Assembly (NCBI GenBank): GCA_041650335.1
Contig: JBAZLK010000006.1
Span: 5,788 to 69,787, forward strand
Source of the DNA: Patescibacteria group bacterium
GTDB lineage: Bacteria > Patescibacteriota > Patescibacteriia > JAHIZJ01
DNA: 64,000 bases
Reading direction: 5' to 3'
In this document: positions 28,752-38,252 of the stretch, piece after piece
Layout of the letters: each line of letters opens with the position of its first letter
Numbering within the stretch: position 1 is the first letter of the stretch
Made by a program: the position numbers and the translations under genes
The notes under the pieces: generated by a model
Told to the model about the DNA's origin: nothing
What the model saw: only the letters and a program-made list of their open reading frames with translations
Database searches by the model: none

Positions 28752-29786
28752 ATGATAAGCAGTCGTCATAGTGCGGTAGCGGTAATGTTGTTGGAGCGTT
28801 TGTTGGATCATCGGTGGCTGTCACGGTCACCGGGAAAGTGGGAGGGTGCCGTGCGTACGATATGGTGTCTGGTTCTTCTGGTGGTTGTTTGTTCCTTGAT
28901 GTGCCCGGCGGTCGTGGGGCAGACTCCCTATGTTCCGGGCGACTATCCGTACTACCCTAGCGACGGCCAAGCCGTCAGCTCGGCTCGGGATTCTTCTCGG
29001 CCAGATTTCGGACAAGCTCATCCGGTCTGGATGAAGCGCCTCGGGGTGACCTACTACCGGGGCTACTACTCCTGGTCTTGGGGCGAGATCCGTTACGGCT
29101 CGCGTTGGCTGCGGTGCGAGCCGGAAGACAACAATAGCTGGTGGTGCCGTGAGAACCCCGATCGCTGCCCGGATAGCCCGTTGATCTACGAATCGCGTAT
29201 CGAAGGGAGCCGCCGGTACTGCCGGTTCCATGAGGCTGACAGCCTCGGTGGATACGTCGAGGCGCAGATGGTTACGTCGGACCCGAGGCTATCGGTTTGG
29301 TGGATGTACTATGCAGCGGAACCGGCCACTTCGTTGTTCGAAGCGGTTGAACGCGGCGCTGGCGCCTACGATCGACCGGACGTCACGGAGGCAATCATCC
29401 GGCACATGATTCAGCGCGGTGCGGTCGCCAAGCAGGACATTTCCAAGCTAACCCCGACGGAAATCCGCGACGCGCTGTGCTGTTATACCAGTGAGGCGCT
29501 CATCGCCAATGCCGAACTGGTGTCTCAGCACGTGTTGCCTTTCAGGTTCAACGGCACGCCGGCCCCCGGCGACACGCTGGTCATCTACTATGATGACGAC
29601 TACGGGCCGGACATGACGGTTGGCGCGGAGCAGACCTATATCGTGATGAAGACCGGGCTATCTTCATTCACGGGCGTACGTTATGTCGAGATGCGCGACT
29701 TGTCGTGCTGTCTCTACGTCAGCCGGCCTCTGGAGGAGCTCGGGAGGATCAATTCGTACGTCGCCGTTTACCCGCTGCGTCAGTAG
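28752..29786 (+). CDS. secreted Cys/Trp/Tyr-rich hypothetical protein (GC-rich block)
   Basis: The probable start is GTG at 28851, preceded by ggaggg, giving signal peptide VRTIWCLVLLVVVCSLMCPAVVG. The mature protein is rich in W/Y/C (YYRGYYSWSWGE, WWCRENPDRCPD). Divergent from the preceding secreted gene. Confidence 0.45.
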   Translation: MISSRHSAVAVMLLERLLDHRWLSRSPGKWEGAVRTIWCLVLLVVVCSLMCPAVVGQTPYVPGDYPYYPSDGQAVSSARDSSRPDFGQAHPVWMKRLGVTYYRGYYSWSWGEIRYGSRWLRCEPEDNNSWWCRENPDRCPDSPLIYESRIEGSRRYCRFHEADSLGGYVEAQMVTSDPRLSVWWMYYAAEPATSLFEAVERGAGAYDRPDVTEAIIRHMIQRGAVAKQDISKLTPTEIRDALCCYTSEALIANAELVSQHVLPFRFNGTPAPGDTLVIYYDDDYGPDMTVGAEQTYIVMKTGLSSFTGVRYVEMRDLSCCLYVSRPLEELGRINSYVAVYPLRQ

Positions 29787-29874
29787 CATTCGGTGTTCGA
29801 GCCCGACCCATGAAAAGGCCGGGCGTTTTATTTTTCCACCTACGGTATTATATAAAAAGGAGTATACTCAAAAT

Positions 29875-30489
29875 ATGATCAAACCAACCTGGCAGGAAGA
29901 AGAAAAATTACAGAAACTCGGCCACCGACGCGTGGCCGGACTTGACGAAGCCGGCCGTGGAGCCTGGGCCGGACCGATCGTGGCCGCCGCGGTTATTTTA
30001 TTTCCCGGTACGAAACTTCCGGGTTTGCGCGATTCGAAATTATTGACGCCGAAGCAACGCGAGAAAATATTTCTCCAGCTGGTGAAAAAAGCAGTCGCCT
30101 GGAGCGTCGGTATTATCAGCCAGACCGAAATTGACAAACATGGTGTCGGTCGGGCCAACGAACAGGCGATGCATAAGGCCGTCGAACGTCTCCGAACCTA
30201 TTGCCCGGATTTTCTTCTCATTGATGCCTTGAAAATTCAGCATACCCTGCCACGAAAAGCGATCGTGAAAGGCGACCAGAAAGTCATGTCTATCGCGGCC
30301 GCGTCGATCATCGCTAAAGTGACACGTGACTATATTATGGATGAGGCACACAAGCAATACCCTAACTATGGATTTCATCTCCACAAGGGGTATGGTACGG
30401 CCCATCACCAGGCAATGCTTCGAAAGCACGGGGTGAGCAAATTGCATCGGAAGAGTTACAAACCGATAAAAAAAATTATTGCAGGATAA
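29875..30489 (+). CDS. rnhB: ribonuclease HII
   Basis: GLDEAGRGAWAGPIVAAAV active site and the DSK motif. RBS aaaagga before ATG 29875. Confidence 0.9.
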   Translation: MIKPTWQEEEKLQKLGHRRVAGLDEAGRGAWAGPIVAAAVILFPGTKLPGLRDSKLLTPKQREKIFLQLVKKAVAWSVGIISQTEIDKHGVGRANEQAMHKAVERLRTYCPDFLLIDALKIQHTLPRKAIVKGDQKVMSIAAASIIAKVTRDYIMDEAHKQYPNYGFHLHKGYGTAHHQAMLRKHGVSKLHRKSYKPIKKIIAG

Positions 30490-30516
30490 TCAACTTTCTG
30501 GTATAATACAGAGGCT

Positions 30517-31089
30517 ATGGCGGAACGTATTGCTGGCGGCAACGAACTTCTCGATGCCACAAAAATTATCCAAAAGGCGAGCATTTCCTACAGCATGAAG
30601 GTCGGCGATTTTGGTTGCGGCGGCACGGGAATTTTCGCCCTCCAGGCGGCGAAGGCGGTCGGGGACAAAGGCACGGTCTACGCGGTGGATATATTAAAAT
30701 CCGTACTTGCAAGCGTGGTCAGCAAGGCACACATGCAGACAATCAACAATATAAAACCGGTCTGGTCAAATCTCGAAATATATGGAGCAACAAAAATACC
30801 GAACGGCACCTGTGATCGCGGCCTGTTGATCAACATTCTCTTTGAATCAAAAAAGCAAAAAGAAATACTCCGGGAAGTAAAACGGATGATGAAACGAGAG
30901 GGCTTGCTGCTCATCGTTGACTGGAAACCGTATGGCGCGCCGTTCGGACCACTGGAAAAAGACCGAGTCTCGCCCGAAAAAGTGGAAACGATGGCGCGTG
31001 AACTCGGATTTCAACTGCTCGAATCGTTTGAAGCGGGACCGTTCCATTACGGTTTATTGTTTATTAATCCAAGCCCGGAAATAACCTAA
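30517..31089 (+). CDS. class I SAM-dependent methyltransferase
   Basis: Motif I VGDFGCGGTGIFAL, followed by post-I/II/III motifs. Confidence 0.7.
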   Translation: MAERIAGGNELLDATKIIQKASISYSMKVGDFGCGGTGIFALQAAKAVGDKGTVYAVDILKSVLASVVSKAHMQTINNIKPVWSNLEIYGATKIPNGTCDRGLLINILFESKKQKEILREVKRMMKREGLLLIVDWKPYGAPFGPLEKDRVSPEKVETMARELGFQLLESFEAGPFHYGLLFINPSPEIT

Positions 31090-31114
31090 TAATATAGGCG
31101 AGAAAAGACGGCTT

Positions 31115-31531
31115 TTGTTGGGAGACAAAGGTTTTATTTTGTCTAATATAAAGCAAAATTTAGGTAATTGGGGTGAGAACGCCGTTAGTCGAATTTTCAC
31201 TTCTTTTGGGTATGCGACCGAATGCCGGAACTACCGTCAGTGCGACGGTGAAATTGACCTTATATGTCGCGATCGAAATGAACTTGTCTTTATTGAGGTG
31301 AAAACTAGAAAAACGCGGGCTTTTGGCAGCGGTGAGGAGTCAATTACCGAGCAAAAAGAGCTAAGATTAGCCGCAGTCGCCAGCCGCTATTTGCAGGACC
31401 GTGATTTAATGTCGTGGCCGTACCGGATTGACCTGGTTGTTCTCGAAGAATGCGCGCCCGGCTTTTTCCATTTACGGCACCATCGTGGAGCCATCGGGGA
31501 TGTGCATGAAAACGTGCTTGACGCACCCTGA
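31115..31531 (+). CDS. yraN: YraN-family (UPF0102) endonuclease
   Basis: GENAVSRIF...CDGEIDLICRDRNELVFIEVKTR, the PD-(D/E)xK-like YraN signature. Confidence 0.8.
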   Translation: MLGDKGFILSNIKQNLGNWGENAVSRIFTSFGYATECRNYRQCDGEIDLICRDRNELVFIEVKTRKTRAFGSGEESITEQKELRLAAVASRYLQDRDLMSWPYRIDLVVLEECAPGFFHLRHHRGAIGDVHENVLDAP

Positions 31532-31581
31532 GCTCACCGTGTAAGATAGGAAACTGTCTCTTTAATTTATTCACACATTCC

Positions 31582-32700
31582 ATGTACACATTTTGTCTTG
31601 TTTCTTCGCCTCGACCGACCACGCGTCGTCGCCTGACCAGAACGCTGATTATGCCACTGGTCGTTTTTATTACCCTGGCGAGTCTGGTGGTAAATCCGGC
31701 CGTAGTCTTAGCCAAAGAAGTTCCGTTGGAATTGCCCTATCCGGCGCCGACCTTGTTATCCCCAGCCAGCGGGAGCGCCACTTTGCAAACGAAACCGTTA
31801 ATCACCGGTCTGGCTAAAAACGATTCCTTGATCAAGGTCTTTATTGACGGGAAACTCAATGGTCAATTTGAAGTGGAAAACCACGCTTCGGGCACGGCAA
31901 ACTTTGCCTATACGCCGTTTTTGCATCTCAAGCCAGGTGCCCACGAGGTGTTTGCGACAGCCACCGATACAAAAGGAAAACAAAGCCCACATTCCAATAC
32001 CCTGCGCTTCATGGTCGAGTACCCCATGCCTGCCCCAACCCTTGTTGAGACAGTGACCAACACAGCGACAACTGCGAGTCGACCCTGGATCGTGGGCTTT
32101 AGTAAAAACAACACAGCGGTTCGAATATACATCGATGGTCGGGATGATGGCGAGTTCATGGTTCAAAACAGTCTGACTGGCACGGCGGACTTCGCCTACC
32201 GCACGCTCTATGATCTTAAGCCCGGTCGTCACACCGTCTATGCCGTGGCCATTGATCGAAAAGGCAAGGAGAGTCATTACTCGGACGTCATTGAATTTAC
32301 TGTCCCAAAGCCCGCGCCGGTGCAGAATTCATCGGATCAGACAAGGCCAGAGGTTAAGGGAGACGAAACTCAACCAACCGATCAGACGAACGCGAATACG
32401 AATGCAAATACTAACAGCAACGCTAACGACAACACAAACGCGACCGGTACGACCAACACGAATAGCTCAACCGGTGCAAACACCGAAGAAAACGGCAATT
32501 GGCCGGTCGTTGTCGGCTTGCTGATCCTGGCTGTCGTACTTATTATCGTGATTGACAGCCTCATCCGTAAAAGACGGAAGACGGATACCGGAACCTCAGA
32601 GACGCTGTTCGGACCAACGGCACCACCAGGCTCGGACAAGGAAAAGAATAAACCGACGACCAGCCAGCTTTTTCCGCCACCGCCACCTGACATCAAGTAG
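31582..32700 (+). CDS. membrane-anchored surface protein with two tandem Ig-like domains and Asn/Thr-rich low-complexity linker
   Basis: N-terminal TM/signal. Two roughly 95-aa repeats, PAPTLLSPASG...TANFAYTPFLHLKPGAHEVFATATDTKGKQS and PAPTLVETVTN...TADFAYRTLYDLKPGRHTVYAVAIDRKGKES. A NANTNANTNSNANDNTNATGTTNTNSSTG stretch, a C-terminal TM helix and a charged tail. Confidence 0.5.
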   Translation: MYTFCLVSSPRPTTRRRLTRTLIMPLVVFITLASLVVNPAVVLAKEVPLELPYPAPTLLSPASGSATLQTKPLITGLAKNDSLIKVFIDGKLNGQFEVENHASGTANFAYTPFLHLKPGAHEVFATATDTKGKQSPHSNTLRFMVEYPMPAPTLVETVTNTATTASRPWIVGFSKNNTAVRIYIDGRDDGEFMVQNSLTGTADFAYRTLYDLKPGRHTVYAVAIDRKGKESHYSDVIEFTVPKPAPVQNSSDQTRPEVKGDETQPTDQTNANTNANTNSNANDNTNATGTTNTNSSTGANTEENGNWPVVVGLLILAVVLIIVIDSLIRKRRKTDTGTSETLFGPTAPPGSDKEKNKPTTSQLFPPPPPDIK

Positions 32701-32829
32701 TTGATACCCCGGAGCCGCGCGAATGCGCGGCTTCTTCGTTTCGTCCACGGAGGCGACTTGCGAAATTATGTACGTTCTGTATAATGAAGGTAGACTAGTT
32801 CTTTAGTAACTGGTCTGTTTTTATAAGAT

Positions 32830-32930
32830 AATTCAAAATTGATAATTAAAAATTCAAAATGAATGAGTCCTGATGTAACATCGGAATAACAATAATTTTA
32901 CATTTTGAATTTTGAATTATTAATTGCTTT
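32830..32930. promoter_or_regulatory. large AT-rich imperfect inverted repeat upstream of nusA
   Basis: aattcaaaattgataattaaaaattcaaaatg ... cattttgaattttgaattattaatt. The arms are about 85% complementary with a 35-nt spacer. Confidence 0.4.
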
Positions 32931-34363
32931 ACCCCATGAGTTCACCCATTCTCCAGGCCATGAAACAAATCTGCGACGAGAAAAACATCTCGATGGAATC
33001 TGTTATCGAAACGATTGAGGCGGCGCTCGCTGTTGCCTATCGAAAGGATTTTGGCGAGAAGAACCAAAATATCAAAGTCGAGTTTAACGCTGAAACCGGC
33101 GCCAGCCGAGTATTTGACGTGAAAACGGTCGTTGAGGTGACGGCCGAGCAAATTGCCGAAGAAGAGCGAGTGCGCGAGGAGCGGAAAAAGGCCAAAGCGG
33201 AAGCGGCCGAGGCGGCTGTCAAGGGTGAGGCCGAAAAACCGGTTGCGCCAGAAGAAAAAGAAGAGGTGGCTGAAGCTGAGCCGGAAACCGATGAAGAAAA
33301 AAAGCCAATCTTTGATCCAAAGACAATGATCCCGTTGTTTGAGGCGATAACAAAGGAAAAAGATGCGAAGGTCGGCGATGAGATCCGGACTGAATTATTT
33401 CCGCCGAACGCCTATGGCCGGATGGCCGCGCAAACAGCAAAACAGGTAATCATTCAGCGGCTGCGCGAAGCTGAGCGTGAGACGGTCTTTACGAAGTACA
33501 AGGATCGCGAGGGTCAGGTCATCAACGGCACGATCCAGCGGGTCGAAGGGCGAGTTGTGTTTGTCGATCTGGGCGATGCGGCCGCTATTATGCCGCCGTC
33601 AGAGCGCGTCGATACCGAAAATTACCAGCCGGGCATGCGCGTGAAATTTTACCTGGTCAGCATCAATCAAGCGCCGAAAGGGCCAGAAATTATTGTGTCG
33701 AGATCGCATCCTGAGTTAGTCAAAAAATTGTTTGAATTCGAAGTACCGGAAATTGCTTCAGGTGCCGTTGAGATCAAGTCGGTCGCGCGTGAAGCCGGCT
33801 CGCGGACAAAAGTCGCAGTTCTGTCGAAAGAGCCGAATATTGATCCGGTCGGTTCTTGCGTTGGTCAGCGCGGTACCCGCGTTCAAACCGTAATTTCTGA
33901 ATTAGGGGGCGAAAAAATAGACATTGTCGAATATGAAGACGATCCGGTAAAATTCATCATCAACGCCTTAGCGCCGGCGAAAATTCTCAGCGTCAAAATC
34001 AATGAACCGGAAAAAACAGCCTTGGCCGAAGTGAAGGAAGACCAATTATCGCTGGCGATCGGCCGCGGCGGTCAAAATGTCCGTTTAGCTGCCCGCCTCA
34101 CCGGTTGGAAGATTGATATCATCAAGGAAGGTGAAACGGGCCAAGCGGCGAAAGAGAAGCCGGCGGAAAAGGAGCCGGCGAAAGAAGAGTCGGCTGAAAA
34201 AGTAACAAGCGAGCCAGTTGAAGCGGTCACCGCCGAAACAGTCGTGCCGCCAGTTGAAGAAAAACCCGTTGACGAACCAACGGCCAAAAAAACAAAACGA
34301 AAAAAAAGCGAGTCGACCGAAGAATCCACTGATTCAGCGGACGCCGCCACAAATAACGAATAA
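32924..34363 (+). CDS. nusA: transcription termination/antitermination factor NusA with extended acidic/Lys-rich insertions
   Basis: NusA N-terminal domain, S1 domain (GQVINGTIQRVEGRVVFVDLG) and two KH domains (GSRTKVAV...GQRGTRVQ; LAIGRGGQNVRLA). E/K/A-rich insertion and C-terminal tail. Confidence 0.9.
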   Translation: MLYPMSSPILQAMKQICDEKNISMESVIETIEAALAVAYRKDFGEKNQNIKVEFNAETGASRVFDVKTVVEVTAEQIAEEERVREERKKAKAEAAEAAVKGEAEKPVAPEEKEEVAEAEPETDEEKKPIFDPKTMIPLFEAITKEKDAKVGDEIRTELFPPNAYGRMAAQTAKQVIIQRLREAERETVFTKYKDREGQVINGTIQRVEGRVVFVDLGDAAAIMPPSERVDTENYQPGMRVKFYLVSINQAPKGPEIIVSRSHPELVKKLFEFEVPEIASGAVEIKSVAREAGSRTKVAVLSKEPNIDPVGSCVGQRGTRVQTVISELGGEKIDIVEYEDDPVKFIINALAPAKILSVKINEPEKTALAEVKEDQLSLAIGRGGQNVRLAARLTGWKIDIIKEGETGQAAKEKPAEKEPAKEESAEKVTSEPVEAVTAETVVPPVEEKPVDEPTAKKTKRKKSESTEESTDSADAATNNE

Positions 34364-34383
34364 ATTTTTAACGACGTTTTCTT

Positions 34384-36381
34384 ATGTCTAGCGCACTTCT
34401 TTTTGCCTTATTGGCCAGCGCGGTCGCGATCGTGTATGGCTACATCCTTATCCGATTAGTCCTCCGGCTGCCAGAAGGCGATGACCGGATGAAAAAAATC
34501 GCCCGGGCGATCCAACGCGGAGCGAGCGCCTACCTTTCTCGCCAGTACCGGACGGTGGCGATTATCGCCGTGATCATCTTCGCGTTGCTCTGGGCGTTCC
34601 TCAATTTTAAAACAGCCATCGGCTTCGTCGTCGGCGCGGTTTTTTCGGCGGCCGCCGGATTTATCGGCATGAACATCTCCGTCCGGGCGAATGTCCGCAC
34701 GACCGAACAGGCGAAGAAAGGTTTACGTGAGGCGCTCGCGGTAGCGTTCCGCGGCGGTTCAGTCACCGGCTTGCTCGTGGTTGGCTTGGCGTTGCTTGGG
34801 GTGGCCGGTTTTTACGCCCTGACGCATGATTTCAAGGCGCTGGTCGGCCTCGGTTTTGGCGGCAGTTTGATTTCCGTTTTTGCCCGGCTGGGTGGCGGTA
34901 TCTATACAAAGGCGGCTGATGTTGGCGCCGACCTGGTTGGTAAGATCGAAGCCGGTATTCCTGAGGACGATCCGCGCAATCCGGCGGTCATCGCCGATAA
35001 TGTCGGCGATAACGTTGGCGACTGTGCCGGCATGGCGGCGGATTTATTTGAAACCTATGCCGTGACGGTCGTTGCCACAATGTTGTTAAGCTCGCTGCTT
35101 TTTGTCGGGTTTGAAAACGGCGTTCTCTATCCGCTCGTGATCGGCGGAGTATCTATTATCGCGTCGATCATCGGTACGCTGTTTGTCCGGTTAGGGAAGA
35201 AGAGCACGAATATCATGGGTGCGCTCTACCGCGGTTTAATCGTCAGCGGGGTGTTAGCGGCCGCGGCTTTTTATCCGATCACGCGCTGGCTGATGAAAGA
35301 TTTAACCGAATACTCAACGTTAAAAATATACGGCGCGTCACTCGTCGGCCTGGTTGTCACCGCGGCGCTCGTTCTCATCACGGAGTATTACACCGCGACG
35401 AAATATCCGCCGGTCCGAGGCATTGCCAAATCATCAGAGACCGGTCATGGCACGAATATTATCAGCGGATTGGCGCTGTCACTGAAATCCACCGCCCTGC
35501 CGGTACTCGTCATCGTAGCCGGTATCCTCGTTGCCCATGGGCTGGCTGGGGTGTATGGGATCGCCCTCGCGGCCGTATCCATGCTCTCGCTGACCGGTAT
35601 TATTGTCGCGATCGACGCCTACGGTCCGATTACCGACAATGCCGGCGGCATTGCTGAGATGGCCGAGCTGCCGAAAGAAGTTCGAAACGTAACTGATCCG
35701 CTCGATGCTGTCGGAAACACGACCAAGGCTGTCACCAAGGGGTATGCGATCGGCTCAGCCGGACTCGCCGCGCTCGTTCTCTTTTCCTCGTATATCCAAG
35801 AACTGGAACACTCCGACAAAGTCTTCACTTTTATTCTCTCTGATCCGAAGGTGATTGTCGGATTGTTTATCGGCGGTCTCTTACCGTATATTTTCGGCGC
35901 TCTATCCATGGAAGCGGTTGGTCGAGCGGCCGGTGGAGTCGTCAAAGAAGTGCGGCGACAGTTTAAAGAAATTGCCGGGCTGATGGAAGGAAAGGCCGAA
36001 GCCGATTACAGCCAAGCCGTCGATATCGTGACTCGAGCAGCGATCAAAGAAATGATCATCCCGGCGCTTATCCCGGTTGTTGTGCCGATCGCGGTTGGCT
36101 TTCTGCTTGGTCCGGTTGCGCTCGGCGGTTTGCTCGTCGGGAGCATTATCACCGGTTTGTTCGTCGCGATTTCGATGACGACTGGCGGTGCCGCCTGGGA
36201 TAATGCAAAAAAATATATTGAAGAAGGCCATCATGGTGGCAAAGGCTCGCTGGCGCATCAAGCCGCCGTGACCGGTGATACGGTCGGCGATCCGTACAAA
36301 GATACGGCTGGCCCCGCTATTAATCCAATGATTAAAATCCTCAATATTGTCGCACTCCTGATTGTCAGTTTACTGATCTAG
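34384..36381 (+). CDS. hppA: membrane-bound proton-translocating pyrophosphatase (H+-PPase)
   Basis: 665 aa with about 16 TM helices. Conserved [29 protein letters not shown] and [12 protein letters not shown] motifs. Confidence 0.9.
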   Translation: MSSALLFALLASAVAIVYGYILIRLVLRLPEGDDRMKKIARAIQRGASAYLSRQYRTVAIIAVIIFALLWAFLNFKTAIGFVVGAVFSAAAGFIGMNISVRANVRTTEQAKKGLREALAVAFRGGSVTGLLVVGLALLGVAGFYALTHDFKALVGLGFGGSLISVFARLGGGIYTKAADVGADLVGKIEAGIPEDDPRNPAVIADNVGDNVGDCAGMAADLFETYAVTVVATMLLSSLLFVGFENGVLYPLVIGGVSIIASIIGTLFVRLGKKSTNIMGALYRGLIVSGVLAAAAFYPITRWLMKDLTEYSTLKIYGASLVGLVVTAALVLITEYYTATKYPPVRGIAKSSETGHGTNIISGLALSLKSTALPVLVIVAGILVAHGLAGVYGIALAAVSMLSLTGIIVAIDAYGPITDNAGGIAEMAELPKEVRNVTDPLDAVGNTTKAVTKGYAIGSAGLAALVLFSSYIQELEHSDKVFTFILSDPKVIVGLFIGGLLPYIFGALSMEAVGRAAGGVVKEVRRQFKEIAGLMEGKAEADYSQAVDIVTRAAIKEMIIPALIPVVVPIAVGFLLGPVALGGLLVGSIITGLFVAISMTTGGAAWDNAKKYIEEGHHGGKGSLAHQAAVTGDTVGDPYKDTAGPAINPMIKILNIVALLIVSLLI

Positions 36382-36383
36382 CA

Positions 36384-37040
36384 ATGGTATATTGGCTCGT
36401 CTCATGGCTGATCATGCCGTTCCTGCGCCGGCGCGTCCGGCGCGTGCTCGGCCGGGAACATATCCCCGAAAACGAACCGCTGGTCATTGTAGCAAATCAC
36501 AACAGCTGGATTGATCCGGCGCTTATTATCAGCACGCTCTACCCAGTGGTGAAGCGGAAAATCTGGTTTATTGCCGCCTCGAAAAAATATCGGGCCCTGG
36601 GCGGCCTACCGATTGATTGGGCGAATAAAGGACGGGTAATTGATGATGCAACTGCCATCCTTCAAGAAGGTGGTGTAATCGGTATCTTCCCGGAAGGAAA
36701 CGCCAACGGGACCGGCGAACTGCATCACGGACGAACGGGCGCGGCTCGGCTAGCCCTTCGCACAGGCGCCGCCGTCCTACCGATCGGCGTCCGAAATACG
36801 ACCGGCACGAATCCGCTCGCCGCCATGTATACGGCGTGTACGGCCAAAAGCATTGCTCTTGAAATCGGTTCGCCACTGCTGTATCCAAAAACACTACCGG
36901 AAGAGATAACCTACGCACGGCTGCAAGACGTGACGGCAGATATCCTCAACCATTTAGCCATATTGTCAGGTAAACACAACAACCATGGCCTATCCAATCC
37001 TTCGTCAGACTCTCTTTCCCCTGATTCGCCGACGCTTTGA
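36384..37040 (+). CDS. 1-acyl-sn-glycerol-3-phosphate acyltransferase family (PlsC-like) paralog 1
   Basis: HX4D motif VANHNSWIDPALI and the FPEGNANGTG block. Confidence 0.75.
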   Translation: MVYWLVSWLIMPFLRRRVRRVLGREHIPENEPLVIVANHNSWIDPALIISTLYPVVKRKIWFIAASKKYRALGGLPIDWANKGRVIDDATAILQEGGVIGIFPEGNANGTGELHHGRTGAARLALRTGAAVLPIGVRNTTGTNPLAAMYTACTAKSIALEIGSPLLYPKTLPEEITYARLQDVTADILNHLAILSGKHNNHGLSNPSSDSLSPDSPTL

Positions 37041-37620
37041 AGTAAAAGGCGAAGAGAATATTCCGGCGCAGGGACCCTATCTGATTGCCGCCAACCACGC
37101 GAGCTATCTTGATGGGATTATGTTGGGCGTAACACTGGCCCTGGTCAGAAATCAGCGTGCCTATTATCTTGCTCACGACAAGTATGCAAAAATGTTCACG
37201 CGGTATCTCTCGGAACGTTGGTTGGGCATGATTCCGGTACCGCTCCATGACAAGGCGAGAGTATTGGATCGGGCCAAGGTAAAGCTCCGGGCCGGAAAAA
37301 TCATCGTAATATTTCCTGAAGGCACCCGAAATCCGCAGCCCAACCAGCTCCTCCGCGGGAAAACGGGATTAGCGAGATTAGCCTTAGCGACCGGTCTGCC
37401 GGTATTGCCAGTCGGCGTCATTGCTCCGCCGACGGTCACGTTCGGTGAAGCCTTCCGCGTCTATGCGGACAGCACCTTGACGCTTGGCCTCATTTTCGGA
37501 CAGCCGATCCGGTTTCCTGATCAAGCGCCGGAGACATTCACCCACGAACAACTTGATCAAGTAACCCGCCAGATAATGACAACCGTCGGCGTTTTGTGCC
37601 ATAAAGTCTATCAATACTAA
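36985..37620 (+). CDS. PlsC-like acyltransferase paralog 2
   Basis: AANHASYLDGIML and FPEGTRNPQ. Overlaps paralog 1 by 56 nt. Confidence 0.75.
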   Translation: MAYPILRQTLFPLIRRRFEVKGEENIPAQGPYLIAANHASYLDGIMLGVTLALVRNQRAYYLAHDKYAKMFTRYLSERWLGMIPVPLHDKARVLDRAKVKLRAGKIIVIFPEGTRNPQPNQLLRGKTGLARLALATGLPVLPVGVIAPPTVTFGEAFRVYADSTLTLGLIFGQPIRFPDQAPETFTHEQLDQVTRQIMTTVGVLCHKVYQY

Positions 37621-37621
37621 T

Positions 37622-38239
37622 ATGGCGCCATACGCCACCCTTCGATTTTTCCTGATTCACTGGGTGAAGCGTCACCTGGCCAATATCGAAGGACTCGAAC
37701 ACGTGCCGACTGACCAGCCGTTTATCGTGGCCGCGAACCACATTGATTTTCTTGATCCCATCTACTTCCTTTTTCAGCTGACGGAAAAGACCGGGCGCGG
37801 CGTAACGATAATTTCAAAGACAAAAAACTATTACTGGCTCCGCTCGCTGACGCTGGCCATTGATCCGGTCGAGCGGCCGAAGGTACTTGAGCGAGCGCGC
37901 CAATATCTTCAGCAAGGGCGGATTATTTGCATCTTTCCGGAAGGCGAGCGCAATCCGACAGGCACGTTACTGCAGGGCAAAACCGGCGTCGCTCGGCTGG
38001 CGCTTTTTACGCGTATGCCGGTTGTGCCGCTGGGACTTCGAGGCCCGGCCGGCCGATCTTTCCTGGATTCGGTAAAATTGCTATTGTATAACCGCCAGCC
38101 GGTAACGGTCCGAATCGGCCGGCCAATGATGTTTCCCGAGTCATATGATCGGGAAATTACAGCTCAGCTTCTCACCGAGGTGACGAAAAAAGTCATGGTT
38201 GAAATCGGAAAACTTTCTGATAAGACATATAATTTTTAA
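37622..38239 (+). CDS. PlsC-like acyltransferase paralog 3
   Basis: AANHIDFLDPIYF and FPEGERNPTG. Confidence 0.75.
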   Translation: MAPYATLRFFLIHWVKRHLANIEGLEHVPTDQPFIVAANHIDFLDPIYFLFQLTEKTGRGVTIISKTKNYYWLRSLTLAIDPVERPKVLERARQYLQQGRIICIFPEGERNPTGTLLQGKTGVARLALFTRMPVVPLGLRGPAGRSFLDSVKLLLYNRQPVTVRIGRPMMFPESYDREITAQLLTEVTKKVMVEIGKLSDKTYNF

Positions 38240-38252
38240 ATACCCACCGCCC

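Noticed and set aside
29787-29815. tRNA T-arm-like sequence cggtgttcgagcccgaccc after the secreted-protein gene
   Set aside because: It cannot be folded into a 5-bp T-stem/7-nt loop with an adjoining acceptor stem. It is likely part of a weak terminator hairpin before gggcgttttatttttcc.
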